64,000 nucleotides of DNA. Origin: Antedon mediterranea. Lineage: Eukaryota; Animalia; Echinodermata. The notes under the pieces are model-generated. The model saw nothing but the letters and a program-made list of their open reading frames with translations, searched no databases and was not told where the DNA came from. Location of the stretch: positions 10,726,001 to 10,790,000 of the forward strand of contig NC_092672.1 of assembly GCF_964355755.1 (NCBI RefSeq), written 5' to 3'. A program made the position numbers and the translations under genes. Shown here in pieces: positions 42,101-53,388 of the stretch. Position 1 is the stretch's first letter. Each line of letters starts with the position of its first letter.

Positions 42101-45100
42101 GGTTTTTTTTTTAATAGGCCTATAAATAACATAACACTAAATAGAGTAAAACATTTCCGATTTAATAACTGTTAAAATTGTCACTGTCATAGTCGATTGA
42201 AATAGTAAAGTACATGTAACGATACACCACCACGACGTTTATATTTTTTTTGTAATTATTAATTAATACAAACGTTGTGAAGCAACTGTCAGTAATAAAG
42301 TATTATATTATTATGTGTTTATAATCTAAAAGTAGGGGCTACCCACACTCACAGTAATAAAGTTTATTAGTATATTTGTTTATATTATAATAAACAGTAG
42401 GCCTACCAACGCACACAATAAGAAATTTGCGATTCAAATGGCTATCAAAAGTGGTTAATACCTATTTACAGTATTGTATAGCTTTACAATACTATTTATG
42501 TTTATTCTCAAAGGGCCCATAAATTGACCTACTTGTGTTAAATCATGGAGGTATGCAAGCATGGTTAAACCAAATAATTTGGAATGTTCCATTCATCGCA
42601 AATCAATACATTTGTATAAACGTATATTAAATCTATCAAAATAGTATTTTTTAAAGAAAATCGGCCTGTCTTCAACATTATGATACTCTACTCGAGCTGT
42701 TCAACCGGTTTTCAGCTATTAAAAGCAATTATCGTAGGAGGAGATAGGAAAATGCGAAGTATCCTCGTATTATTGTGTACAGGTATTTTTCATGAGGACA
42801 TCCATTAGACAGTGTATACCACGATCGGAAAACACCCCTATTTGGGGCAAATGGTTGAACCTAAATTCGTTTTAATCGTCAATAACTAATTATCTAACTA
42901 AATTTAATTAGTAAACAGGGTTACATCAGGTGGTTAAAATCAGTACCGAGATTATAACCAACTTTATATACCATCGAGTACACATTCTAGAAATAACACG
43001 CGATTTACCGAATTTTGCCCTTACGTAAATTTATATATAGATGATATGAAAGTGTACTTTAATATTGGAAACAATTACATAAACGTTTTTAAAGTTTCAA
43101 TATGAAAGTTCTGTGTACAAAAAATTAAAAAAACAAATTTTACCTGGTTAGATTCTATTGATTCAGGACAAAGTCAATTTTAGACAATTTGGATTTTTTA
43201 CAGAAACGTAAAAAAAAACAGTTTACGTACATACTGACCAAAAACTATCTGGATAGGAAACATAATCGAAGAACTCAAAAAATACAATACATCATTCGAA
43301 AAATTAATGACAAGCCTTTTGGATCACAGAAGTGAAACAGTCATGAAAATGATTAGCGTATGTGACGTCTACCTAAAGACGAATAGCGCAACAGATGATG
43401 ATGATGGCAATAAGGTAATAATGGTTGTCTTCACTTTTCGCAAACAAAAGAAAGAATTAATGACTAAAAGTAACAAGAAAAATGATGAGGAGGATCGGAA
43501 CCATTTTTACCGCTTCTATTCACAGCACTTTAAAGCCCACAAATGAAAAAATCACCCGAACAGAACTCAAAATATAGCTTTAGTGAAAATTGTGCCCAAC
43601 TATATTCTATCCTGTACTGTAAGTTTGATTAAAATACATATATCCGTACAGGTACAATAACTTTCCAACCAACATGTCAAAATTGTATTCTGAATAATCT
43701 TACAAAACAAGACATTAACATTTATTGATGCGAGAGGTTTGATTATTATATAATTGCTAATAAAATAATGTCATTAAATCTATTCCAATTTTATCACTAA
43801 TTACATAATTTGAAACTAGAATGTTACTTATATTTTCATGTCTTATAGTACACTGTAATGTAAGTATGACATGATCGGAAACAGTCCGTCCATTTTTAAA
43901 CATGTGTTGAGAAAAAAAACATGCATCGTAAATTAAGTAAATCGTAATACTCTGTGGTAACATGGACGAAGGATTATGTGAACGGAATAAAATACATTGA
44001 GTATGATGGATGACAATGTCGGGGTTGCTGCTCTTATGCAACAAAACGCTATTTAGATGTAAAGCAACAATGCAGAAAATATTTGCTACAGTCTGCCTGA
44101 TGCAGACAAATAGAGCACAACCAGAACATACATTACAGTATTTTGTAGGATAAAATAATATAAACTGTACAGAGAAAAACATGTTCAAATGTACATTTGG
44201 TGGTTGAGTGTCTTGTACACAATTTATCCTTTCTAATATTGTAAATTTGAGAACGTAATTATATCCTGTTCCCACCAGTTACCTATCATTATGTATTGAT
44301 CAGATTGTAATGAACAATATTATTTGAAATTTTATAATATTGAAGTCATTAAAATTGTAAAGAATTATAACATTATCACCTTTAAGTATAGGACAACCTA
44401 CAGTATGTACAAGACAGTTTTGTACCTACGGTGGCCCACAACTGTCACGCACACTATAACACAGAATCACACAATTAAAGAAGGAATTACACAATAAAAG
44501 AAGGAATCACACAATTAAAGAAGAAATCGCACAATTAAAGAAGAAATCGCATGCTGAATGCTGAAAGAGCCGAACGTAATGGTAAATGGGCCGAATAGAA
44601 ATGCGGCTAATGCTAAAAGAGCAGAACGTAATGGTAAAAGAGCCGAATAGAATTAAGTTTGCTGCCGGAGGCAGCTATGGCGTTCCATACGGACTACTGT
44701 ACTTTAATTGTGCGAGGTACTTTCGAATTTGTTGCGGACTTCTTTAATTGTGCGAGGTACTTTCAAATTTGTTGCGGACTTCTTTAATTGTGCGAGGTAC
44801 TTTCAAATTTGTTGCGGACTTCTTTAATTGTGCGAGGTACAGTACTTTCAAATTTGTTGCGGACTTCTTTAATTGTGCGAGGAGCTTTCGAATTTGTTGC
44901 GGACTTCTTTAATTGTGCGAGGAGCTTTCGAATTTGTTGCGGACTTCTTTAATTGTGCTTAGCTCAAGTTCTTTAATTGCGCGTTTCTTCTATTTTTGTG
45001 CATTTCGTTTTATATTTTCATGCTTTCTTTTGTTTATATGCGATTTCTTCTTTAATTGTGCGATTTCTTCTTTAATTGTGTAATTCCTTCTTTAATTGTG

Positions 45101-48100
45101 TGATTCTGTGTTATAGTGTGCGTGACAGTTGTGGGCCACCGTATGTACCTTATTTCCAGCAGTATTTGACACTCACTATGGTACTAAGACAATACTAAAT
45201 TTTGGTCATTCCTACCACTAAAAACACTACGATATGACAGGACTCCCAGCACTGAGATGACTTGTATTCATTGATTGCACATAAAGAAAAGGTATTAAAC
45301 ATTAAATTAAGATATTTTAGCCTATGAATGTCAATAGTACTTTTTTATGTCGTGCTCCAACAGTAACTTGATGTATAATTCTATTTTAGGATTTTTGGAC
45401 ACTGTAGAAATCTACATTTTACGAAAATGTCTTTGATGTTGGAAATAAAAGAACATGCCAAAGCTTCTAATATTACTGTACGCTCAATAACATGCTTTTT
45501 TGTATGACATAAAACATAGATATCATGTTCGAATTACCGGTGAATATATATATACAAAATAAGCCTGCAGGTAGTGATACAGTATGCATGAATTAATTAA
45601 TTTCTTGTTGGCAGTTAGTGGTGTGCATTGCACGATTGAGCACTGTACATATTTATATATGTTATTTTGTTGACACAGGCATTTCAACATCTAGGCTCAT
45701 AAAGTACTGTATACTGTAATGTGTCAAATTGCAGTGTGTTTTAAACATTTTTTTTCACACAGTTATGCAAGAAAATGCAATTATAAAGTGTTGGAAAAAA
45801 AGTGAGGTGGTTTACATTTTTACCAGTACTGCATTTCAAAATGCAAAAATAATTACTATTTTGAAAATTCTTTACAGTAAGGCTGTTATGTGATTTTTAC
45901 AAAACTTTGGTGAACCTGTATTAGTAAGAAATGAAGAATAATTTAAAAATCTTTGAAATTAAAAAATATTGAAATATGACTAAATAATAGAAATGCCACA
46001 CAATCACATGGCATCACATGGCATCACATGGCATCGCATGGCATCACATGGCATCACATGGCATCACATGGCATCACATGGCATCACATGGATAAACACA
46101 TTTGAGTTAAGTTAAGCTTTAATAATCACTGTCCAATAGGTGGTATTGTCCCTGATACAGGTAATATTTATTTGAATAAATGCCCAGCAGTATTTATTGT
46201 TCAGGAGGGTTTTTATGGGGGCAGGGAGGCATTTATTAATAATTGTATCAAAATGCTTGGTAAGTGATAGATCAATCAATGAATTCTACTACATAGAAAT
46301 GTGTACTGTATGCATAATAATAGCGGGGTGTTTATTGGAGGAAATGAAATGAATACCTTGGGCGTTTATTTCAAATGATGTTCTATGAGTACGAGGGAGG
46401 GTGGTTATTTAAAGCGGGAAGTTTATTCGAATAAATATGGTAGTGTATCTTTTAATAACTGTAATGGAAAACAGAAATCTGAAAATTTTGTTTATTGAGT
46501 AAATGTAATTAACAATCTGCTGAGGTTTGTTTATTATGTCAAATATAAATATCATAATTTTTTAATAACATCATTATGATTGCTATCCCTATGTAGTGAT
46601 TATTATTATTTGTTCTGCTATTTTAGATTGTAATGTACATTCAATGCAATTTACAATAAATAGCTGTGTACTGTAAGTTCAAAGAAATTGTATATTAAGT
46701 TAGTTACAGTTAACAAGATTATACAATTACAGGAGACAATACTTCAATTAGATTTGAACTCATCACTAGGATGATCATTCCAGCAAATACAACAATTTAT
46801 AGTGCTACAGTATTTTGTTTACACTAAGTCCAGGGAATAATTTCGCCAAAAAGCTATACAAAACAACCTTTTTGCTACAGATTTTTAAAATTGTGTAGCA
46901 AAAGGTACAATACAAAACTATGTTTCTTGACTCAAAAATCAGTTTGATTAGCAATAAACAAAATTTAAAAATTAAATTTTCCCCTGATGTCATACAGTAT
47001 TTTAGCATAGGACTGGTAACAGGTATGGTCTTATCAAAAGCATTCTGTCAAACATTGTGTAAATCCTTTAGTCTAGTGTGCAGTCTCAACAAGCACAGCC
47101 TCATCAAGCATGGTTTCATCAGCCATACAATATTCTTAAATACGGGTAGGGCCTTCTGCCCAAAAATCCTTTGCTATTTATAATAATAATATCAAATAAT
47201 AAATATTATACCCTTTGAGAAAAAGAGTTTAAAAATTGCAGAAAACTCATACTTAAACTATTAACCCATAAGAACTATTAGTATATTATGCATGACTAGT
47301 CATCAATAAACTAATGGATTGGAATACATTTACCTTTTGACTATTTCAGGACTAATATATGGAGAACAATTTATTTAATACTATGTACGGTATGATTTCT
47401 TAAAATAGTATGGCAATAATACATTATCGCATTAAATTATAATGAATAATAAAGTTGTGCATGTCATTATGTAGACAGGTTTGAAGGATAATCAGTAAGC
47501 ATGGATATATGTAGCATGTAATGCTATTTTGTACAGTACTGTACAGTGTAACAAGCATGGAAATGTGGCATGTAATGCTATTTTGTACAGTACTGTACAG
47601 TGTAACAAGCATGGAAATGTGGCATGTAATGCTATTTTGTACAGTACTGTACAGTGTAACAAGCATAAATGTGGCATGTAATGCTATTTTGTACAGTTAT
47701 TGTACAGTGTAACAAGCATGTATTTGTGGCATGTAATGCTATTTTGTACTGTACAGTATAACAAGCATGTATTTGTGGCATGTAATGCTATTTGGTACAG
47801 TACTGTACAGTATAACAAGCATGTATTTGTGGCATGTAATGCTATTTGGTACAGTACTGTACAGTGTAACAAGCATGTATTTGTGGCATGTAATGCTATT
47901 TTGTACTGTACAGTATAACAAGCATGTATTTGTGGCATGTAATGCTATTTGGTACAGTACTGTACAGTATAACAAGCATGTACTTGTGGCATGTAATGCT
48001 ATTTTGTACAGTTATTGTACAGTATAACAAGCATGTACTTGTGGCATGTAATGCTATTTGGTACAGTACTGTACAGTATAACAAGCATGTACTTGTGGCA

Positions 48101-49388
48101 TGTAATGCTATTTGGTACAGTACTGTACAGTGTAACAAGCATGTACTGTAATTGTGGTATGTAATGCTATTTTGTACTGTAAAGTGTAACAAACATGCAC
48201 ATTGTGGCATGTAATGCTCTTCTGTACAGTACAGTATTAAGCATAGTAAGCAAGTAATGCTACTCTCTATAGTAGTGTAGCAAGAGTGCAATTGTGTCAT
48301 GTAATGCATTTATGTACAGTACAGTGTAGCAAAAATCCACTTATGTACAGGACAGTGTAGCAAGCATAGACATGTGGCATGTAATGCTCTTCTGTACTGT
48401 ACAGTATTAAACATAGACATGTGGCATGTAATGCTACTCTCTATAGTACAGTGTAGCAAGCATGCACTTGTGTGACATGTAATGCATTTATGTACAGTAG
48501 TGTAGCAAACATGCACTTGTGGCATGTAATGCTACTTTATACTGTACAATACAGTGTAGCAAGCATACACCATTTGTTAATTACGCATTCACCTTTTAAA
48601 AATATAATAATCAAAATCAATACAATTTGTACTCATATCATACCCTTTCCACACCTGCACATCTACACACTTATGGCATTTAATGCTACTTTATACTGTA
48701 CAGTGTAGCAAGCATACACCATTTGTTAATTAGGTATCCACCTTTTACAAATATAATAATCAAAATACAATCTGTACTCATATTATACCCTTTGATGTAA
48801 TATTTCAACCCAACACCTCCTTCACATAAATTACTAACACTTTTTACATAGAAAATACATTGCTTAACATGTACAGTAAAAATGTTTTTAAAAACACAGC
48901 AGGGAATGCATTAGTAGGCCTACTGTACTATTGGCTTTATTCAAAAAATAAGTCTGTTATTTGCTATTCTAAATATTTTAATACATATAAAATTAATTTT
49001 TTAATTATGCGAACACAACAATTTAATAGTATACTATAATAAATTACAGTATACAGTTTTTTGGGAAAGGTGCACTTTTATTAAACATTTATTTAATCAA
49101 CATGAACTAATCAATGTGTAAAACACTTTAATATTATCGCAAAGCAATTTTTAATGAGCATTCATTTTTTCCTTCTTATTAAATAATCCTTCAATTTGAA
49201 TAGTATTCCACTTACCTGTAGAAGTTATTATCCAGTGCGATTAAGCCTACACGCGGAGATAAATATCTCTGCGTGTATTTATGTGAACGTGAGGAGCCGA
49301 ACGCAGGTAGACAAGAAATTCTGTGATGTGCCAGCTTCGTCAATCTCAATCCATGTCCTCTTTGCTGCGAAGAGTACATACAACACAT
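5934..49388 (-). CDS. KCNAB: Voltage-gated potassium channel subunit beta (Kv-beta; KCNAB/Hyperkinetic family, AKR6), whole multi-exon gene. About 413 aa with the 49.3 kb first exon, or 361 aa with the 37.8 kb start
   Basis: Hand-spliced exons, all GT-AG and phase-consistent: [49216-49388 or 37763-37779], 35039-35082, 22683-22720, 20294-20373, 17814-17903, 17170-17300, 13806-14012, 13456-13550, 8959-9079, 8642-8730, 5934-6107. Translation [25 protein letters not shown]...FDTAEVY...TTKIFWGG...ANRPD...YWGSSRW...[14 protein letters not shown]...[10 protein letters not shown] matches the Kv-beta core. The AKR catalytic D/Y/K/N residues are present. Confidence 0.97.
8642..8730 (-). CDS. KCNAB: Kv-beta exon (A)[29 protein letters not shown]
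   Basis: 89 nt, taag/GTAAGA. Confidence 0.96.
8959..9079 (-). CDS. KCNAB: Kv-beta exon [40 protein letters not shown]
   Basis: 121 nt, atag/GTATGT. Confidence 0.96.
10660..11015 (+). mobile_element. SINE with tRNA-like B box and a Meta/MESC-like central domain
   Basis: GGTTCAAGTC box, then GGATAAGGACTTAAAACTGGAGGTCC..GTGCACTTTGAAGAACCC; TTTACA-type tail. Second copy inverted at about 18560-18830. Confidence 0.6.
11697..12050 (-). mobile_element. RTE-like LINE 3' remnant
   Basis: Minus strand encodes [11 protein letters not shown] (RLxWxGH motif); ends in a (GA)n tail. Confidence 0.55.
13456..13550 (-). CDS. KCNAB: Kv-beta exon (G)[31 protein letters not shown]
   Basis: 95 nt, tgcag/GTAAAT; WSPL cofactor-binding motif. 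Confidence 0.96.
13806..14012 (-). CDS. KCNAB: Kv-beta exon [23 protein letters not shown]...[10 protein letters not shown](G)
   Basis: 207 nt inside ORF 13624..14073; atag acceptor, weak GTTTTT donor. Confidence 0.95.
14111..14328. mobile_element. MITE family A, about 220 bp (TIR CAATCTAACAACAGGA..GAGCTC)
   Basis: Terminal inverted repeats; other copies at 16580-16801 (opposite orientation) and 35170-35295 (partial). Confidence 0.75.
15738..16225. mobile_element. Cluster of palindromic MITE family B (AAGCTCTGTCTACACTATCAAAC-type TIR): one full copy plus a tandemly duplicated copy
   Basis: Core CAAACTAGTTTGACAAAAAAAGTGTGATGTGCCCAAATATGGT..CATCATGTCCAT..GGGCACATCAC occurs three times here and again at 63520-63655. 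Confidence 0.75.
16580..16801. mobile_element. MITE family A, inverted copy
   Basis: Reverse-complement match along its length to 14111-14328. Confidence 0.75.
17170..17300 (-). CDS. KCNAB: Kv-beta exon [43 protein letters not shown]
   Basis: 131 nt, aacag/GTAAAC; has the Kv-beta-specific Asn of ANRPD. Confidence 0.96.
17814..17903 (-). CDS. KCNAB: Kv-beta exon [29 protein letters not shown](K)
   Basis: 90 nt, tacag/GTAAGT; contains the catalytic Lys (TTK). Confidence 0.96.
18560..18830 (-). mobile_element. Second, inverted copy of the SINE at 10660-11015
   Basis: Reverse complement reads GTCTTCTCGGATAATGATTATAAACCGTAGGTCCAGTGTACA..GTGTGGACTTTAAAGAACCTAGTACATCTTTCG, matching 10745-10830. 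Confidence 0.6.
20294..20373 (-). CDS. KCNAB: Kv-beta exon [26 protein letters not shown](K)
   Basis: 80 nt, tgcag/GTATG; contains the catalytic DxxxxY. Confidence 0.96.
22420..22560 (+). mobile_element. CR1-type LINE extreme 3' remnant
   Basis: Degenerate [17 protein letters not shown] motif with a frameshift. Confidence 0.5.
22683..22720 (-). CDS. KCNAB: Kv-beta exon (G)[12 protein letters not shown]
   Basis: 38 nt, poly-T cag acceptor, GTAATA donor; NADPH-binding GTW motif. Confidence 0.95.
22795..22930 (+). repeat. Dispersed repeat fragment, second copy at 46845-46980
   Basis: AAAAGCTATACAAAAC.ACCTT.TTGCTACA.ATT.TAAAATTGTGTAGCAAAA..GACTCAAAAATC is shared by both loci. Confidence 0.7.
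28262..28580. mobile_element. Non-autonomous element with short asymmetric inverted repeat and a long terminal hairpin
   Basis: TTATATAACA..TGTTATATAA pair (28265 / 28403), followed by a ~160-nt imperfect palindrome centred on CTCGGCTTTGCCTCG. Related split copy at 61045-62150. Confidence 0.7.
28628..29220. repeat. Tandem repeat, about 190-bp unit, three copies plus a partial
   Basis: ACCGTAGAACAAGATTTTCAGATAGGTA recurs at about 28628, 28817, 29007 and 29190. Confidence 0.92.
30430..31020 (+). mobile_element. CR1-like LINE 3' fragment
   Basis: [31 protein letters not shown] motifs typical of the CR1 ORF2 C-terminus; AATAAA and A-rich tail near 31000. Confidence 0.8.
31348..32517. mobile_element. 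Non-autonomous hAT-like DNA transposon (CAGGG termini)
   Basis: 14-bp perfect TIR CAGGGATGTCACCA / TGGTGACATCCCTG; AGTATA directly repeated on both flanks. Confidence 0.8.
35039..35082 (-). CDS. KCNAB: Kv-beta first common exon (R)[14 protein letters not shown](G)
   Basis: 44-nt exon, ttctacag acceptor and GTAAGT donor; canonical Kv-beta motif. Confidence 0.95.
35722..35917. mobile_element. Small MITE with AAGGC.AACTC termini (Harbinger-like)
   Basis: TTAAGGCAAACTC ... GAGTTGGCCTTTA, with internal GACGA/TCGTC motifs. Confidence 0.5.
37763..37857 (-). CDS. KCNAB: Kv-beta alternative exon: 5'UTR plus short start MDMQY(R), coding part 37763-37779
   Basis: Acceptor ttttgcag at 37858. ACCATGG Kozak context with an in-frame TAG just upstream. 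ATG GAT ATG CAA TAT AG|GTAAT joins in phase to give MDMQYRNLG. Confidence 0.75.
39820..39940 (-). mobile_element. tRNA-derived SINE fragment (related piece at 10350-10440, + strand)
   Basis: Box-like GGTTCGAATCC, then CTCTCATTGCCTCATCCTTCGGATGGGACGTAAAGCCA on the minus strand, shared with 10365-10402. Confidence 0.5.
41830..43041 (-). mobile_element. Non-autonomous Helitron, copy 1 (1.2 kb)
   Basis: Minus strand reads A|TCTATATATAAATTTACG...CTAGATGGTACGCGAGCAAAGCGAGCGTACCATCTAG|T: 5' TC, 3' hairpin plus CTAG, inserted between A and T with no TSD. Ends shared with 57516-59890. Confidence 0.88.
44427..45143. mobile_element. MITE with long TIRs, TACGG termini and 6-bp TSD (IS3EU-like non-autonomous element)
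   Basis: TIR TACGGTGGCCCACAACTGTCACGCACACTATAACACAGAATCACACAATTAAAGAAG... at both ends. TGTACC directly repeated at 44421-44426 and 45144-45149. About six internal 39-bp tandem units at 44700-44960. Confidence 0.85.
46004..46091. repeat. 10-bp minisatellite (ATCACATGGC)n, about 9 copies
   Basis: Read directly. Confidence 0.95.
46160..46442. mobile_element. MITE family C, diverged copy
   Basis: Shares TIRs and the internal AATTGTATCAAAATGCTTGGTAA with 55939-56361. Confidence 0.65.
47495..48560. repeat. Minisatellite, 52-57-bp unit TGTGGCATGTAATGCTATTTTGTACAGTACTGTACAGTGTAACAAGCATGTATT, about 19 copies, degenerating rightwards
   Basis: Read directly; it explains the repetitive ORFs at 47424-48708. 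A further ~165-bp duplication follows at 48520-48792. Confidence 0.95.
49216..49388 (-). CDS. KCNAB: Kv-beta alternative first coding exon, long N-terminus [57 protein letters not shown](R)
   Basis: ATG at 49388 with an in-frame TAA two codons upstream. 57 codons plus AG, then a consensus donor AG|GTAAGT. Phase 2 joins exon 35082 to give FY-R-NLG, like vertebrate QFYRNLG. Confidence 0.8.
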
Positions 49389-50496
49389 TGATTACTTAAC
49401 TGGTTACGCTTCAACGAATCTAGTCAATAAACTGCCCATAATGAATATTAATATCTTAGACTCCGATATCCAGAAACCACTCACTATGCTATGCTTGATT
49501 GGGTGGAGTAAATAAATAAAATTTCCATGGGAATATGGTGTGTGGAGTTGATGCGCATAATTTGTGCGAATGGGCTTTGCTGAAGCATAAGCTCTTCATT
49601 ATGATTACACAGGTTGACTTGGCTGTGGCTATTTTATACAAGCTAAAAATAATACAATTATTCAGATGTTTTATAGACAAATGGATACGTAATCGTGTGG
49701 CATGTTTTGAACTAAAACTTTAATATTACTGTATTGTAATTAATAATTATTAATCAATATATTTTTACTAAAAAAAATATATCATTTTTAATGTAACAAA
49801 TTATGATAAAGAAACTCTTCATTAAAAAAAAAATGTAATTACAAGTCTCCAAACAATTCAACACACTTGTAATCAGAATATAATACTACAGTATATTTAT
49901 ATAATTTTAAATGGTAGCTCCAGGTTTAAAACATCTATTGTTTATTTATTTATTTATTTATTACCATCTTTACTGAGGGTAGTCTATCCAGTTGCTAATG
50001 GAACTGATCATTTAGGGCCCTCGATAAAACATACATACAGTAAAACACATAAAATATTCAATATTCAAATGACATAAAATAGGCCTAACAATTTACAATG
50101 GTTATATTGTGAAATATAAACATTGATAAAATAACCCAGTTATTTTTTAAGTCAGTAAAACCATGGAGAAATCAGTTCCTAACTGATTTCTCCATGGTAT
50201 AACATAATAACACGCAAGATAGTGTTCACCACTGATATTGTATCTATAGCAGAACACTCACTTTTTTTGGCAAAATAATACAAAGACTTCAAAAATAAAG
50301 GTACAGTAACTATAACTATACTGTATAGTTATTGCCAATTAGTCCAACTCTCCATACATATTGTATTAAAACTAAAAGAAAAATGACACAAAGGAAACAA
50401 TTTTCAAAAATACTATACAGCAGAATTGTATAAAAAATTAAGTTTCCATAAGCAAAATATTCCAAACCCGAAACATAGACAAAGAAATACCGGGAT

Positions 50497-51662
50497 TCAA
50501 TTCAATTCAATTCAATAGACATTTATTTACAAAATCTGAATACATACAGTAGGAAAACAAGAAACAAGATTGTACAGAATTATAAAAGTATATCAGAAAA
50601 TGAAGGCAAAAGCCCTGAAAGATGTTTGTAACATCTTGTGTTGGGCGAGCCTTAACACAAATAAAAAAGAAAAGAAATGCATTGAAGAAAATCATAATAA
50701 ATTTCATAATCTAAAATATGAATAACAGAAAAAAAATAAAAAATCTTTTGGTACTGCAGATCGAGACATGACCGATTAATAAATATTTAATAAGTAGAAA
50801 AGGTGTATTTTTTTAATTTTGAGAGAAGTATCTTAGGGAAGCAGATTTTGAAATGGAGGGTGGTAGGTTGTTCCATAGGGTGGGTCCAGAGTATCGAATG
50901 TTATGTTGGAAAGAATTTGTTCTATGGGAGGGTATAGATAATTTATTTTTAGTACGTGTGTGATGGGAATGATAGAAGGATTTGGAAGTAAATAGATAAC
51001 AAAGATGGTGAGGAAGGATGTTGTTTAAGGCAGAGTAGACAAAAATGGTTTGTTGAATTAAATTGATATCATTAAGTTTGATGAGATTAAGATTTAAAAA
51101 TAAATGAGAGGAATGGGAAAGCGGAGGCGCGCCAGATATAATTCTGATAGCCTTCTTTTGGAGGGTATGCAATTTATTAAGGTTTGTGGGGTATGTGTTG
51201 CACCAAACAATATTACAATAACCCAAATAGGGAAGAATCATAGAGCAATACAGGATGCGTAGGATATTAGGGGGTAAATATGAAGACAAACGAAAAATAA
51301 TACCAAGGCTTTTGGAAATTTTGTTTTCAGTTACACTAATATGTGTTTTCCACGTCAGGCCAGAGTCAAGATGGACTCTTAAGAATTTTGCTGATTGAAC
51401 AGAGGGGATGTTTATATTTTCAATGGTAATATTGTATAGAGATGGGTCAACATTTTTTAACTTCTGGGGAGTCCCAAACAGGATGAAGTTACATTTTGTA
51501 TGGTTTATAGAAAGTTTATTAGCAGCAAAGTATTGGGACAACATCTCTAGGTGGGAGTTGGTAGTATTAAACAGAGTTTGGATTTCAGGGTGAGAATAGG
51601 TGACAGTTGTGTCGTCAGCGTATAGGTAAAAATCAACTAACGGGGAAGAAAGATAGATATCG
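50497..51662 (-). mobile_element. 5'-truncated LINE (L2/CR1 group) reverse-transcriptase C-terminal fragment
   Basis: LYADD at 51625-51611 in frame with ORF 50813..51544 (..LYCSMILPYLGYCNIVW..LQKKAIRII..GPTLWNNLP). 3' AATAAA followed by a (TTGAA)n tail. Confidence 0.9.
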
Positions 51663-52504
51663 TGGGATGGTGACCGGCAGAAGATAGTTTATTACGTTAG
51701 CCTTTTATTACAAATTTATTTTCACTCTTTCAAACAACAAACGTCACTATATATATGTAATTAAAGAATAAGTTAATTTATTTCATTTTGTTTATTATTG
51801 TTTACCACTGTTACATTTTAACATTTTTAAATGCAGAATAAATTTGCAGTATTTATATGCCCGGTAAACCAAAATTAACCAACTAAAGACAGAGCTTGGC
51901 GAACTTGGTGGCCCCCTAGCACCCCATGGTTGCTCGGTTTGCTTACAAAGTACTCCAATATTATGAAATTGGTCCCAATTATATAACTCTGCACCCACCG
52001 AAAAAAAATACTGCATACGGCCCTGGTAGTACAACGAGGCTAGTGATAAAATTAATAATTTTAACTTACCGCGTAATGCTAAAATAAGGATCTTAAGTGT
52101 TTCCTTCTTTGCATACCTAAGTCTTGCTTATTCTATGCTATAAGTAGTAAAAAAAAGGATTTGTTAATGTCTAGTATTATCACTCTAATATCTTAATCTC
52201 AGTTATCTCACAATGCATGTAAAAATCACTTTCCATTAGAGAACTGGTGTCAACACACAACTGTAAAACATAGGCCCTAACCTTTTTAAAAAAATTGTAA
52301 AAACATAAATCTGGAAATCAAACCAACAACCATACAATCCCTGACCACATACAGTTAAATGCCAACAAACCAAACGAGTCTTAAAGCCACTTTCCCTAAT
52401 CTGATCTAATTTAAGGTCACAAACTACATTTTATGTCAATTTAAATACTATATTTTTTTGTCTTTAAATGGTCAAAATGTGAAATATAAGTTGATTCTAA
52501 TAAT

Positions 52505-53370
52505 TAAAAAGAATGGCCAGAGGACTGAAAAAAGGCAGTTTTTCTTCACTACCTATTAAAAAAGGAAACACTAGAGAATGTGCAAACAATTGTACAGTCT
52601 CACATGCAAGCAAGATCATGCTCCATATCATCGCAGCAAGATTAAGAAATAAACATGAAAATGAACTACCACCCGAACAATCTGGTTTTAGAAAAGGAAG
52701 AAATCAGATTGGAACTTTGAAGAACTTGATGGAGAAGAAAATAGAGTTCCAACAGCCTGTATTTCTATGTTTCATTGATTACAGTACTGTGTACAACCAT
52801 GGAGTAATCTTTACTCCATGTACAACATCCAAAATTATGGAAGATCATAGAGGAAATGGGTTTTTTCTACACATATGATTACCCTGGTCAGTCAGATCAG
52901 TGACCTGAGAGTGACAATAGTGTTTACAATAGGGAAAGGAGTTCACCAAGGATGTATCCTCTAACCATATCTATTCAATATTTATACAGAATACAGCATG
53001 CGGAATGCGCCCACCAATTTTAGATGCTTATGACATACTCTCCTTGCAAGATCCAGGATCTGATAGAAATAGTGAAGAACTTCAGTGAAGAATATGGTGT
53101 GACTGTTCCTCAATGTTAAAAAAAAACAAAAGTGATGGTGTGTACGCGAAAAGAAATGACCAACAAGTTCAAGCCGACGGTGAGGATATAGAGGTTGTCG
53201 ATCACTTCAACTTCCTAGGCTCAATGGTTTTGTGGGGAGAGGCTCTGTAAATGTGTTGAAACAAAACGACGTCTTGCTTTAGACAAGATCATCAGCCTTA
53301 ATACAAATATCTGAAAGGAACGAGGAATTTCTAGGAATACAAAAATTACAAAAAATTATGATTTCCCTGG
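52505..53370 (+). mobile_element. Degenerate RTE-clade LINE reverse-transcriptase fragment
   Basis: KKGNTRECAN..SHASKIML..LPPEQSGFRKGR..LCFIDYS and downstream GVHQGCIL..YLFNIY motifs, with frameshifts and stops. Confidence 0.85.
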
Positions 53371-53388
53371 TAGGAAGCTTGTTTGTTG

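Noticed and set aside
43307-44275. ORFs 43307-43546 (+) and 43757-44275 (-)
   Set aside because: No recognisable domain, codon pattern or compatible splice sites; likely chance intronic ORFs.
47424-48708. Many repetitive ORFs and a CRISPR-like appearance
   Set aside because: Minisatellite with no unique spacers, in a eukaryotic intron, with no cas genes.
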